From Pseudomonadota bacterium (GTDB lineage: Bacteria > Campylobacterota > Campylobacteria > Campylobacterales > Sulfurimonadaceae), in the NCBI GenBank assembly GCA_043797085.1, contig JAZDQA010000014.1, positions 1 through 64,000 on the forward strand: a stretch of DNA of 64,000 bases, written 5' to 3'. The notes under the pieces are model-generated. The model was not told where the DNA came from and did no database searches. It worked only from the letters and a program-made list of their open reading frames with translations. Each line of letters begins with the position of its first letter. Position 1 is the first letter of the stretch. Both the position numbers and the translations under genes were made by a program. Shown piece after piece: positions 33,901 through 43,209 of this stretch.

Positions 33901-34128
33901 TACCGCCCCATGATGATGACGTCCTTCGCCTTTTTGGCAGGGATGCTTCCGCTGATTTTTAGTTCAGGTGCGGGTGCAGGAGGGCGTTTTTCCATCGGGA
34001 TTGCCATGTTTGGAGGGATGTTGGCCGCAACGTTTATCGAGCGGTATTTTATCCCTTATCTGTATTACTGGGTTGCCACATTTCAAGAAAAAATAGCTCC
34101 ACACAAAGAGGTCTCTGATGAAAACTAA
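30994..34128 (+). CDS. HAE1 RND efflux transporter (AcrB/CmeB-like)
   Basis: 1044 aa; FIDRPV, GIVVDDAIVV, AKNAIL.VEF, R.RP.MMTS. Confidence 0.96.
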   Translation: MFSKYFIDRPVLSAVIAMIIMLLGFTAIKSLPISQLPNITPPTVVVSAQYPGADAQTIANTILTPLESQISGADGLMYMSSKAAALPGSASITCTFNIGVNQDLAAVDIQNRINTVIAQLPQSTRDLGVSVQKKTSDILLITAITSPDASFTDTQISNYISSNLLDEIKKIPGAGRAQIFGQRDFAMRIWLNPDKMASLGVTTAEIAAAIKDQNLQVSPGRLGQGPTNNEQMLTMQLTSQGRFSTPEEFQNIIIRAKNDGANLRLKDVARVELGSQNYEFFGRVNGKPAAMIGIFADTNANALDTSAAVAAKMEQLSHKFPKGIEYSIPYDTTDFVKISIEEVIFTLLASIVLVSLVIYLFLQSTRAALIPVLSIPISLTGAFIGMYLLGYSINTLTLFGLVLAIGIVVDDAIVVIENMERILQSEKLSPRAAAIKAMSQISGPVIAIVLVMCAVFVPATFMGGMTGQLYKQFAATIAISVVFSGFMALTFAPSIGALILKHHEKEPARFFRWFNRIFGKMTENYVRRSGWMIRKSFIFLIIYLSTYFFIGFFHKTLPTAFLPMEDQGYFITAIVLPDGATANRTLEVVKQVEAILGEQEGVAKFTAITGLNILTFSQEPNAAVIFTRLKPWDERTTKELKIFGILGSIGPKLGSIKEAKVFAMPPPPIRGMGPSDMFSLRILQPGDNNVTRLFETTNTFLNTLRNEKSIKNPFSTMNITTPTLAIEVNREKAKMLGLSIADIFQTLQASIGTMYVNQFDKNGKTYWVQMQSDAPYRATPEDIGRAWVRSSSGVMIPLSSVVKVTMSSAPSSIEHFNGVLSTTVMGSPAPGYSSGEIIKVVENAGDTLLPSSASYDWDGLYLQEKLVGSKAMIIMAFALIMVYLILAALYERWTLPISIMLAVPYGIMGAYAVVWLIPFLNNNVFFQIGLLTLIALSAKNAILVVEFAEEQRHAGKNIYDAAMEAARLRYRPMMMTSFAFLAGMLPLIFSSGAGAGGRFSIGIAMFGGMLAATFIERYFIPYLYYWVATFQEKIAPHKEVSDEN

Positions 34129-35542
34129 TATCACTCTTTTCGCTTCTTGGGCACTTTTGCTAGGAGGATGCGCGATTGGTCCTGATTACCAACGACCCGC
34201 AACCGTTACTCCCGATGCCTTTCGTTACAGCGAAACCAACCAAAGTATTCCCATAAACGCCGCATGGTGGAAAAGCTTCAACGATGAGCAACTCACCAAA
34301 AATATTGACCAAGCACTCATTAACAACTTTGATCTTCTGAGTGCAGACGCTTCGGTGGAAGCAATGCTTGGAAAATTTGATACAGCTAAATCTTATCTTT
34401 ATCCCCAAATCAACGCAAATGGCTCATTAACACGTCAAGGCGTTAGCTCAACGGATACCTATCAGCTAAGAGATGGAGTCACGTCCACCTACGCAGCCAA
34501 CCTTTCCCTTACCAGCTATGAGATTGATCTTTTCGGAAGGGTTCGCCGTGCGAATGAAGCTGTACGTGCCCAATTGCTCGCCACAGAATTTTCACGCCAG
34601 ACGTTGCGTATTGCTATTAGCACAAACGTCGCGGCTTCGTATATTAGACTCTCTTCGCTAGAGTCTCAAAGCAAACTGGCGCATGAAAACATGAAAGCTT
34701 CGGAAGAGATCTATAATCTCAATGCGTTAAAATATAAGTACGGTACGATTGCACAAACCATTTTATTGCAATCGCAATCAGAACTCCAAAGCGCCAAAGC
34801 AACATTCTCTCAATTGCAAGCTTCTAAAATTGGTGAAGAAGCAACCTTCAATCTCCTCTTAAGCCGTAATCCTAGAAATGTAGCCACCACACCCCTTGAT
34901 AAAATTACTCTTCCAGCGTTGCCAACTGCCCTTCCATCAGAAATATTGCAACATCGTCCGGATATTGCTCTCGTAGAACAAAACCTCATCGCTGCCAATG
35001 CGAAAATAGGTATCGCTCGTGCAGCATATTATCCCAGTATCCAGCTAACGGGCATGGCAGGGATACAGAGTCTGGATCTGCAAAATTTTACATCGAGTCC
35101 TACAACATTATGGAAAATACTCCCTACTATATCTGTCCCTATCTTTGCCGCAGGACGAATTAAAGGAGAGATAAAAACCGCTGAAGCAGAACACAATCAA
35201 AGCCTTGCAAACTATCAAAAAGCGATTGTCAATGCCTTCAATGATGCCGATAATGCCATCGGACAAAATGCCAAAGCACAAGAACAGCTCCTCTATCAAA
35301 AAGAACGCAGCAATGCCATAAAAACGGCATTTGAACAATCAAAACTCCGTTATAACGCGGGTACTATCGCATATAACGATTTACTCATCATTCAACAACA
35401 ATGGATTAACGCACAGCAAAGTTATTTGCTCGCGAAACAAAACACATTGATTTCAACCGTTAATTTATACAAAGCATTTGGGGGAGGATGGGACAACAAC
35501 CAAAATATCCCTATCCCGAATATGTTGCCTGCTGGACGTTAA
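34118..35542 (+). CDS. Outer-membrane factor lipoprotein (NodT/OprM/CmeC-like)
   Basis: LGGC lipobox, GPDY.RP, YEIDLFG, RPDI..E, LYKA.GGGW. Confidence 0.94.
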   Translation: MKTNITLFASWALLLGGCAIGPDYQRPATVTPDAFRYSETNQSIPINAAWWKSFNDEQLTKNIDQALINNFDLLSADASVEAMLGKFDTAKSYLYPQINANGSLTRQGVSSTDTYQLRDGVTSTYAANLSLTSYEIDLFGRVRRANEAVRAQLLATEFSRQTLRIAISTNVAASYIRLSSLESQSKLAHENMKASEEIYNLNALKYKYGTIAQTILLQSQSELQSAKATFSQLQASKIGEEATFNLLLSRNPRNVATTPLDKITLPALPTALPSEILQHRPDIALVEQNLIAANAKIGIARAAYYPSIQLTGMAGIQSLDLQNFTSSPTTLWKILPTISVPIFAAGRIKGEIKTAEAEHNQSLANYQKAIVNAFNDADNAIGQNAKAQEQLLYQKERSNAIKTAFEQSKLRYNAGTIAYNDLLIIQQQWINAQQSYLLAKQNTLISTVNLYKAFGGGWDNNQNIPIPNMLPAGR

Positions 35543-35544
35543 CA

Positions 35545-35566
35545 ATCGCTCTTAAACAAGAGCGAT
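35545..35566. terminator. Bidirectional hairpin at convergent OMF/ridA junction
   Basis: ATCGCTCTT-aaac-AAGAGCGAT. Confidence 0.6.
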
Positions 35567-35926
35567 AGCATCGATTTCAAGCAATGCATTTTTAGGAAGG
35601 GTTTTAACGGCAACAGTAGATCGAGCAGGCTTGTGATCCCCAAAAGCAGTTGCATACAATTCATTAACCGCCACAAAATCATTCATATCATCTAAAAATA
35701 TCGTTGTTTTAACCACTTTATCCAATGAACTTCCCGCCGCTTCCAAAACTGCTTTTAAATTCGACAATACTTGAGCACACTGCTCTTTGACATCACCGGT
35801 AAGCATCTCACCACTTGGCGTGAGAGCAATTTGACCCGATGTAAATACCATACCATTGGCGATCATCGCTTGAGAATATGGCCCGATTGCCGCAGGAGCA
35901 TTAGGAGTTTGAACACTTTTCATCAT
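35552..35926 (-). CDS. ridA: RidA (YjgF) enamine/imine deaminase
   Basis: [23 protein letters not shown]. Confidence 0.93.
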   Translation of the reverse strand: MMKSVQTPNAPAAIGPYSQAMIANGMVFTSGQIALTPSGEMLTGDVKEQCAQVLSNLKAVLEAAGSSLDKVVKTTIFLDDMNDFVAVNELYATAFGDHKPARSTVAVKTLPKNALLEIDAIALV

Positions 35927-35937
35927 ATTTTAAACCT

Positions 35938-36336
35938 TTATTTTTTGTATTTTAGAAGAGCATCATCAAGAACAGAATTATAATCTTCTGTTCCCCAAAA
36001 CCCAGGGATTGAATAGAGTATTTTACCGTTACGAGGATCGATAAAATAACTCATTGGAACCATTTTTGCACTTAAATTTTTAGGATAAATGCTTTTATCT
36101 TTCGTTACATTAACCGCCTGAAACGAGAGATTGATACGCGACACAATCTCATCATCTTGAAGCGTAGTAGATTCAAGCTTACGGCACCATCGGCACGTCT
36201 CACTCGTAATAAGCACCATCAGAGGCTTTCCCTCTTTTTTAGCTTTGACAAGAGCTTGATCGTATGAATTGTTCCAGACTATCTCTGCCCCAAAAGCGCT
36301 GATAGTGAGTAAAATCACTCCTAATAGTTTTTTCAT
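35938..36336 (-). CDS. Exported thioredoxin-fold protein (SoxW/Thioredoxin_2-like)
   Basis: Signal peptide, AK.EGKP, CRWC, cis-Pro VP. Confidence 0.8.
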   Translation of the reverse strand: MKKLLGVILLTISAFGAEIVWNNSYDQALVKAKKEGKPLMVLITSETCRWCRKLESTTLQDDEIVSRINLSFQAVNVTKDKSIYPKNLSAKMVPMSYFIDPRNGKILYSIPGFWGTEDYNSVLDDALLKYKK

Positions 36337-36363
36337 AATTTTCCTTTAAAGATCACTATTTTA

Positions 36364-37458
36364 TCAAAATCGTTTTATTAATAAACTAAAAATTTTATAC
36401 AAGTCCTGAACTTCAATAACAGTTGTTCGCTCATTGGGAGCATGAATAGTGTCATTTATCACACCAAATTCAATCACATCGATACCATACGATGCCACAA
36501 AACGTGCATCCGATGTTCCCCCTGCTGTTGAATGTTTTGGGATTATTGCACGCACTTCTTGTATGCATTCGCTCAGCGTTCGAACAATATGCGTGTTGGC
36601 ATCGGTCACAAAAGGGACAGCAGATTGATCGAGACTAAGCGTATAATCTAGCCCTTTGCACTGTTCTTCAATGAATATTTCTATCTTTTTCTTATCCGTT
36701 TTAGTCGAATTACGGACATTAAACATCATTTTAAGCTTTCCGGGAGAAACATTCGTTGTCTCGATACCGGAGCGGATGTCCGTAACAACCAACTGTGATG
36801 GAGCAAAATACGCATCTCCTTCGTCCAAAAAAGCTCCTGCAATGTTTGCTAAAATAGGTGCAATCTGGTGAATAGGATTGATCGCTTTTTCCGGATAAGC
36901 GGCATGACCCTGTTTCCCGTGAATTTCCAAAACTCCATTAATAGAACCTCTGCGTCCGACCTTAATAGCATCACCAAACACTTCCTCACATGTTGGTTCT
37001 GCAACCACCACGGCATCAGGAAGTAAATTATGCTCTTTTAAATATTTTAATACTTCAATCGTTCCAAACTTCGCCGGTCCCTCTTCATCGGACGTTAATA
37101 AAAGTGATAACATCCCATTAAACTCCTTTATTTCTTTAAGAGCTTGAACAAAGGCGCTGACTCCGCTTTTCATATCCTGTGCACCGCGTCCATAAATATA
37201 TCCATCTATTTCAGTAGCCGCATAAGGATCACTATTCCACCCCTCTCCAGCGGGAACTACATCGACGTGCCCTGCGAAACAAAGATGTTTACCCTCTCCA
37301 AAACGACGATACGCAAAAAGATTTTTAACCCCTTCCACATCCATACGAACAGAAGTAAAACCCTCCAGATACTGCTCTACAAATTCAAGTATCCCGCCAT
37401 CCTCAGGAGTTTGACTTTTTGAGCTGATTAATTTTTTAAAAAGTTCAATAACATCCAA
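36364..37458 (-). CDS. dapE: Succinyl-diaminopimelate desuccinylase
   Basis: FAGHVDVVP, GRGA.DMK, SDEE, GHAAYP, GGTSDARF, TIH; TTG start. Confidence 0.95.
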   Translation of the reverse strand: MDVIELFKKLISSKSQTPEDGGILEFVEQYLEGFTSVRMDVEGVKNLFAYRRFGEGKHLCFAGHVDVVPAGEGWNSDPYAATEIDGYIYGRGAQDMKSGVSAFVQALKEIKEFNGMLSLLLTSDEEGPAKFGTIEVLKYLKEHNLLPDAVVVAEPTCEEVFGDAIKVGRRGSINGVLEIHGKQGHAAYPEKAINPIHQIAPILANIAGAFLDEGDAYFAPSQLVVTDIRSGIETTNVSPGKLKMMFNVRNSTKTDKKKIEIFIEEQCKGLDYTLSLDQSAVPFVTDANTHIVRTLSECIQEVRAIIPKHSTAGGTSDARFVASYGIDVIEFGVINDTIHAPNERTTVIEVQDLYKIFSLLIKRF

Positions 37459-37634
37459 AATTTATCCTTACAATATCTGTTTCATAAAGGTGCAATTATA
37501 AACGGTAACCGATTGATTTTGCCTTTGATGTGCTAAAATGAGAAAAATATAATATTTTTAAAGAAAATTATTTTTTGATTTGGTTATACTTATATTTTGA
37601 AACTTAAATTTTTTGCGCCCTAAGGACTTTAATA

Positions 37635-38048
37635 ATGAAACGACCTGCCCCAGTTGATCAAGAAATACTTTTTGATGGACGAAGTCTCATCTCCGAAACC
37701 GACACCAAAGGGATTATCACTTTTGTAAATCGTAAATTCACCGAAATGACTCTCTACAGCAAAGAAGAAGCGATTGGTCAACCTCACAGTTTACTGCGTC
37801 ATCCGGATATGCCCAAAGCCGCCTTTGCCGGAATGTGGAAAATCATTGAAAGCGGAAAAACATGGGAAGGATATGTCAAAAATCTTCGAAAAGATGGAAA
37901 ATACTACTGGGTTGTTGTTAATATCGTCCCAAAACTTGATGAAGAAGGTGGCGTTGTTGGCTACATTGCTTCTCGTAAAATGCCGGATCGAAGCCGCCTT
38001 AAAACCATCATTAACCAGTATCAGCAAATGATAGACGAAGAGAACTAG
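37635..38048 (+). CDS. Stand-alone Aer-type PAS protein (CetB-like)
   Basis: S.TD.KG.ITFVN, RHPDMP, MW, W.G.VKN.RKDG.YYWV. Confidence 0.88.
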   Translation: MKRPAPVDQEILFDGRSLISETDTKGIITFVNRKFTEMTLYSKEEAIGQPHSLLRHPDMPKAAFAGMWKIIESGKTWEGYVKNLRKDGKYYWVVVNIVPKLDEEGGVVGYIASRKMPDRSRLKTIINQYQQMIDEEN

Positions 38049-38323
38049 TTCTCTTCTTTTAATAAAATAGAAATGTCATTCATGGCAAGAAAAAGCTGTT
38101 CTTTCGTTTCAAACTGTATTTCGATGCGATTAACAGGAACCTCTCCCGCTGGATCAAAATCACAAATCAAGACATACGCTTCAAGAACAATCTTATCTTC
38201 TTTCATTTGTGCCCATTCCAAAGAAACCGATGCTCTCTCTCCTCCGGCACTGATAAGAGCTGCCGGATAGAGCCGTGTTACTTTTCCAAGATCGATTTCA
38301 TATTGTTTGTATTTATATATCAT
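38045..38323 (-). CDS. Hypothetical protein
   Basis: ATGA overlap with upstream MFS; plausible composition. Confidence 0.65.
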   Translation of the reverse strand: MIYKYKQYEIDLGKVTRLYPAALISAGGERASVSLEWAQMKEDKIVLEAYVLICDFDPAGEVPVNRIEIQFETKEQLFLAMNDISILLKEEN

Positions 38324-39531
38324 TGGTTTCCAATCTCTTTTAAACTATAGTTCGAACGAATCCACTTGTAATAAAGAGCCGCAACAGCAAAAGCGCTTCC
38401 TAAAATAAAAGCAATCACCCCAAGCCCAAACTGTTGATCAACTAAAAAGCCAATGAGCAAGGAAACCAGCCCTCCTGTCGCTAAAAAGATCATATCATTA
38501 TAGGCAACCACCCGCCCATAATAGTCATAATGCGTATGTTCCTGCAAAAGCGTATATGTATATGACCACAATGTAGTCGTCACCAATCCAACCAGTACCG
38601 AAGCCACTAAAGATATATAAAAATATTCAATAACAATACCCCAAAAAATAATTGCAAGAGCTTCTGCAATCAGCAAAAATTTAAGCCGATGCAGATTAAC
38701 CCATTCCCCCAATAATAATGGTCCAATGGTTAGTCCGATAGCTCTAAACGCATTCACTAGCCCAATACCCAGAGATACAGCTACAATACTGGTGTAATAC
38801 TTTTCCACGCTCAGCACCACCAAAGCGTCAAAAGCCGTAAATCCAACCACTGCGTGCAGAAGCATTAAATGCATTACGATAGGCTCACGTTGAATGTAGC
38901 GAAAGGCATCTCCCATCATTGTCAAAAAACGTTCGTTATTTTTCTTTATTTCAATCTCGATTTTTAGTATAAGCACGAGACTTAAAACGACGATAAAAAG
39001 TACTGCGTCCAATAAAAAAGCATACGTAGTCCCAATATAATAGACCACAGCACCACCCAGTGCCATTCCAAACGTATACGAAAAAGACCAAATGATTGAG
39101 TGAATTTCATTAGCATATTGCAATGCTTTACCTTCTACAATTTTTGGCAATAAGGACATTTCAACCGTAAATTGAAAACTTGCAGCTCCCATGCGAATGA
39201 ATACCAGCAGATATAGCCACCCAAGCATGGACACGTCTTCAATACTAATTAACGACACCGTAGCCACAATTTCTGTAATAGTCAGGAAGATCATCAGTCT
39301 TTTAGGGGAAATTCGATCAATAATAACACCGCTCAAAGGGGCTTGAAGCACTCCGGCAAAAAAATGAAGCGCTGCTACAAAAGCAATTGTTGATGCATTC
39401 ACATGCAACTGTATCAGCAACGTATAAATAGCCACATTGCTAAACCAAGCACCAAAATAGGCGATAAGCTGAATAAGTGAAAGCCTCGCAAGTAAAGGCT
39501 CTTGCAATAATAAATTCCAGTATCGTTTCAT
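38320..39531 (-). CDS. MFS transporter (DHA3/macrolide-efflux-like)
   Basis: About 12 TM; G..IDR...KR motif, GRV in the second half; no SD. Confidence 0.88.
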   Translation of the reverse strand: MKRYWNLLLQEPLLARLSLIQLIAYFGAWFSNVAIYTLLIQLHVNASTIAFVAALHFFAGVLQAPLSGVIIDRISPKRLMIFLTITEIVATVSLISIEDVSMLGWLYLLVFIRMGAASFQFTVEMSLLPKIVEGKALQYANEIHSIIWSFSYTFGMALGGAVVYYIGTTYAFLLDAVLFIVVLSLVLILKIEIEIKKNNERFLTMMGDAFRYIQREPIVMHLMLLHAVVGFTAFDALVVLSVEKYYTSIVAVSLGIGLVNAFRAIGLTIGPLLLGEWVNLHRLKFLLIAEALAIIFWGIVIEYFYISLVASVLVGLVTTTLWSYTYTLLQEHTHYDYYGRVVAYNDMIFLATGGLVSLLIGFLVDQQFGLGVIAFILGSAFAVAALYYKWIRSNYSLKEIGNQ

Positions 39532-39567
39532 AATCGCAAGAGTATCATAAAAAATTAATCACAAAAT

Positions 39568-39594
39568 TAAAGTTTTTATTTTTTATGGCGATTT
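39568..39594 (+). promoter_or_regulatory. Sigma28 (FliA) promoter of flaG
   Basis: TAAA-N15-GGCGATTT versus consensus TAAA-N15-GCCGATAA. Confidence 0.7.
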
Positions 39595-39638
39595 AGCTTA
39601 TAATAAATTGCTTTGAATGAAGCGCAAGGAGATTTCAG

Positions 39639-40028
39639 ATGGAAATATTACAGTCAACTGCAAAGATGCAACAATCTCAAATGAATACAGTGAAAGTTGC
39701 TCAAACGCAATCAGCACAGAGTGTACAAGATATACAAAAGACACAAATTCATCAAGAAAAATTGGCTCAGCAAGAGACAAGTGCCAAAAGTGAAAAAGTA
39801 GGTTCTCAAGAACAAATGGACAAACTCATTGACCAGCTTAACCGCTCACTCGATCCGTTTAGCACATCATTACGCTTTGGCTTTGACAATACATCTGATG
39901 ATTTTTATGTTTCCGTCATTGATACACAGCGTAATCAAGTACTAAGACGTTTCCCGCTTGAGCAAGCAGAGCAATTGTTACCTAAAATGCAAGAAGTAAC
40001 GGGATTACTTTTCGATCATAAAGGTTAA
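39639..40028 (+). CDS. flaG: Flagellar protein FlaG
   Basis: LRF, V.VID....V.R.FP.E, GLLFD.KG. Confidence 0.9.
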   Translation: MEILQSTAKMQQSQMNTVKVAQTQSAQSVQDIQKTQIHQEKLAQQETSAKSEKVGSQEQMDKLIDQLNRSLDPFSTSLRFGFDNTSDDFYVSVIDTQRNQVLRRFPLEQAEQLLPKMQEVTGLLFDHKG

Positions 40029-40078
40029 ACGCCACTTCTTTAAAACTGTATTACTGTAAAATATTCAAGGAATTCATT

Positions 40079-40456
40079 ATGTACAATAACAATTTAGCCT
40101 ATAACACTTATACTCAAAATAATGTCGGAGTAGAATCACCTGAAAAATTAATTCAGATGATGTACGAAGGAATTTTACGCTTCAATATGCAAGCGAAGCG
40201 CTCTATTAACGAAGGAGATATTGAACGACAAACCTATTGGATTAATCGATCAAATGCAGTATTCGCTGAACTTATTAACATTCTTGATTATTCACAAGGT
40301 GATGTTGCTCATTATTTATCAGGACTGTATCATCACCAGTTACGACTTTTAATTGAGGCAAATATTCAAAATAATTCTGAAAAACTTGATGAAGTTAATC
40401 GTGTGATGAAAGGGCTTTTGGAAGCATGGAGAGAAAATGTCACTATGGCTCAATGA
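40079..40456 (+). CDS. fliS: Flagellin export chaperone
   Basis: SPEKLI.MMYEG..RF, L..LY, L.EAW. Confidence 0.94.
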   Translation: MYNNNLAYNTYTQNNVGVESPEKLIQMMYEGILRFNMQAKRSINEGDIERQTYWINRSNAVFAELINILDYSQGDVAHYLSGLYHHQLRLLIEANIQNNSEKLDEVNRVMKGLLEAWRENVTMAQ

Positions 40457-40697
40457 ACTTAAAAAAGCAATTATTCTTAAAGATATATCAAAACTAGAAT
40501 TATTATTAGACCAAACGCCTCAATTTTCGTCTCTTCAGGAGATGGAAGAGACGGCTTATCTTCTTTATAACGCAAAAATATTTTTAGAAAGCGAACGCTC
40601 GCTGACCCTTCATTCACTCTCACAACTCAAAAAGACCCTTGATTTTCTCAAAGCAACTGAAAATCCAACTTCTTCTTCCGTCAATCTCAAACTTTAA
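40437..40697 (+). CDS. Small helical protein after fliS (FliT-position hypothetical)
   Basis: W.NELKKAI; overlaps the fliS end. Confidence 0.65.
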   Translation: MSLWLNELKKAIILKDISKLELLLDQTPQFSSLQEMEETAYLLYNAKIFLESERSLTLHSLSQLKKTLDFLKATENPTSSSVNLKL

Positions 40698-40772
40698 CCG
40701 TTATCTCATCTATTTTTTGCTAAAATCGCCCCATTTACTTCACGTACGTGGAAAATATACTCATAGGATAGA

Positions 40773-41993
40773 ATGATGAAAAAAGAGGTTAAAAAAGTCG
40801 TACTCGCATATTCAGGCGGTTTGGATACCAGCGTTATCCTCAAATGGCTTCAAGATGAATATCAATGTGAAGTTGTCACCTTTACTGCTGATATTGGGCA
40901 AGGTGAAGAGGTAGAACCGGCTCGTGCAAAAGCAATTAGCCTTGGTATCAAACCGGAAAACATCTACATCGAAGATCTCCGTGAAGAATTTGTCCGTGAT
41001 TACGTCTTCCCAATGTTTCGTGCCAACGCTATTTATGAGGGTGAATACCTTCTTGGAACATCCATCGCACGTCCGCTTATTGCCAAGCGTCAAGCAGAAA
41101 TTGCTCGCATTACCGGAGCCGATGCCGTCAGTCACGGCGCAACCGGAAAAGGAAATGACCAAGTCCGTTTTGAAATGGGCTATTTGGGACAAAACAGTGC
41201 CTTAACCATCATTGCTCCATGGCGCGAATGGGACCTTAATTCACGAGAAAAACTCCTAGCCTATGCAGCAGAGCATGGCATTAAAATTGAAATGAGCGGA
41301 ACCAAATCTCCGTATTCAATGGATGCGAATCTCTTGCATATTTCATATGAAGGGGGAATCCTCGAAGATCCTGCATCAGAGCCTGAAGAGAGTATGTGGC
41401 GCTGGACAAGTTCCCCTGAAAATGCTCCGGATGAAGCGGAATATATTGAACTAGGGTACGAAAAAGGTGATCCAATCAGCCTAAATGGCAAATCTCTTTC
41501 TCCTGCTGTGATGTTAGAACAGCTCAACATTATCGCAGGTCGTCATGGAATCGGACGCGCGGACATCGTCGAAAACCGTTTTGTCGGGATGAAAAGTCGC
41601 GGATGTTATGAAACACCTGGCGGAACCGTGATGCTCAAAGCGCACCGTGCTATCGAATCATTAACCCTAGATCGTGAAGAAGCGCACCTAAAAGACGAGC
41701 TTATGCCTCGTTATGCAAAACTTATTTATAATGGTTTTTGGTTTGCTCCGGAGCGTGAAATGCTGCAAGCTGCTATCGATAAAACACAGCAAAACGTTCG
41801 CGGTACCGTTCGATTGAAACTCTATAAAGGTAATATTATGGTTGTCGGACGCAGCTCTGACATCTCTCTCTTTAACCCTGAATACTGCACCTTTGAAGAA
41901 GATTCTGTTTATGATCAAAAAGATGCCGGCGGTTTCATAAAACTCAATGCATTACGCTTCATTATTGCCGGTAAAGCACGAAAAAATAAATAA
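40773..41993 (+). CDS. argG: Argininosuccinate synthase
   Basis: [30 protein letters not shown]. Confidence 0.98.
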   Translation: MMKKEVKKVVLAYSGGLDTSVILKWLQDEYQCEVVTFTADIGQGEEVEPARAKAISLGIKPENIYIEDLREEFVRDYVFPMFRANAIYEGEYLLGTSIARPLIAKRQAEIARITGADAVSHGATGKGNDQVRFEMGYLGQNSALTIIAPWREWDLNSREKLLAYAAEHGIKIEMSGTKSPYSMDANLLHISYEGGILEDPASEPEESMWRWTSSPENAPDEAEYIELGYEKGDPISLNGKSLSPAVMLEQLNIIAGRHGIGRADIVENRFVGMKSRGCYETPGGTVMLKAHRAIESLTLDREEAHLKDELMPRYAKLIYNGFWFAPEREMLQAAIDKTQQNVRGTVRLKLYKGNIMVVGRSSDISLFNPEYCTFEEDSVYDQKDAGGFIKLNALRFIIAGKARKNK

Positions 41994-42005
41994 AGGATAA
42001 AAGAG

Positions 42006-42746
42006 ATGAGTATTATCAAAATAGACATGAATTCTCCTGAATTTCAGGCTGAACTTGAAAAAACAATTAAATTTACAGATAAAGTTGTCAATCAATTTAA
42101 CTGGGTTTATAATCCTCATTCTGAGATTAACGAGGGAGTCCAAATGGGACTTGCTCGTAATAAAATGATGTATAACAAACGATTTTGCCCATGCTATATG
42201 GTTGAAGAAGTTGATGGTGTTTACAAAAGCAGCGATAACAGACTCTGTCCATGTACACCTGCTATTGAAAAAGAGATTCCCCAAGAGGGAGTCTGCCACT
42301 GTCAAATTTTCTGTACGCCGGAATATGCGGCATCTTTAATGAAATCAGAAGAGATTGAAACCATTACCCATCAACATTCACGCGGTCTTACAACCGAAGA
42401 ATGCGAATTTTTACTTCAAAAAAGAAACATCGATGCAGATGAATTAACTTCTCTCTTCGAAGCACGTGAGCTTGGAATGGTTAGTTTTAAAATGGTCGAT
42501 GTACGTGAATGGATGGAATGGAAATCTGGTCGCATTGAAGGGGCTGATGTCCTAATCCCAACCAGCAGTTTTTTTCAAACGCTTAATGAAGCTGAACTCA
42601 AAAATAATGAGAACATTATTGTCTACTGTCACGTTGGCAGCCGAAGTGCTCACTGTCAACGCATCCTAACCGATATGGGCTTTACAAAAGTCTCCAACCT
42701 CGCACATGGAATTGTTGGTTATAACGGCAAAATCATTCGCGGCTAA
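42006..42746 (+). CDS. Ferredoxin:thioredoxin reductase catalytic domain fused to a rhodanese domain
   Basis: CPC...CPC...CHC in the N-terminal half; VDVRE..EW..G.I.GA and YCHVGSRS in the C-terminal half. Confidence 0.85.
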   Translation: MSIIKIDMNSPEFQAELEKTIKFTDKVVNQFNWVYNPHSEINEGVQMGLARNKMMYNKRFCPCYMVEEVDGVYKSSDNRLCPCTPAIEKEIPQEGVCHCQIFCTPEYAASLMKSEEIETITHQHSRGLTTEECEFLLQKRNIDADELTSLFEARELGMVSFKMVDVREWMEWKSGRIEGADVLIPTSSFFQTLNEAELKNNENIIVYCHVGSRSAHCQRILTDMGFTKVSNLAHGIVGYNGKIIRG

Positions 42747-42759
42747 TTCAAGGAGTGTC

Positions 42760-43209
42760 ATGAAAGTATTATTAACTAAAGATGTTAAAGGTGTTGGAAA
42801 AACAGGTGAAATTAAAGAAGTAGCAGACGGTTACGGTAAGAATTTTCTTATCGGAAAAGGTCTTGCACTTCTTGCAACTCACGAAGTATTAAAAAAATAC
42901 GAGTCCGATCAGCGTAAAAAAACAGCCCATGAAGCTGCTGAAATTGAACGCTTAAATGCTATCAAAGCAACGCTGGCAGAGATAAAAGTAGTTATCAAGA
43001 AAAAACTTGGCGATACGGGACATCTTTTTGGTTCCGTCACTAAAGATGAAATTGCTCAGGCATTACATGATCAATACGCTATCGAGATCGATAAAAAAGA
43101 ACTGGATGCAAAACACGGCATTAAAACCGTTGGATTACATGACTTAGACCTTAAACTTGGGCATGGAATTCACGCGACATTGCATCTTGAAATCCAAGGT
43201 CTCTCGTGA
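42760..43209 (+). CDS. rplI: 50S ribosomal protein L9
   Basis: MKVLL.KDV..GK.GE..EV.DGY..NFL, LFGSVT; SD AAGGAG. Confidence 0.96.
   Translation: MKVLLTKDVKGVGKTGEIKEVADGYGKNFLIGKGLALLATHEVLKKYESDQRKKTAHEAAEIERLNAIKATLAEIKVVIKKKLGDTGHLFGSVTKDEIAQALHDQYAIEIDKKELDAKHGIKTVGLHDLDLKLGHGIHATLHLEIQGLS

Noticed and set aside
40741..40750. Palindrome CACGTACGTG upstream of argG as a possible parS or operator
   Set aside because: Does not match parS TGTTTCACGTGAAACA; 10-bp palindromes are expected by chance
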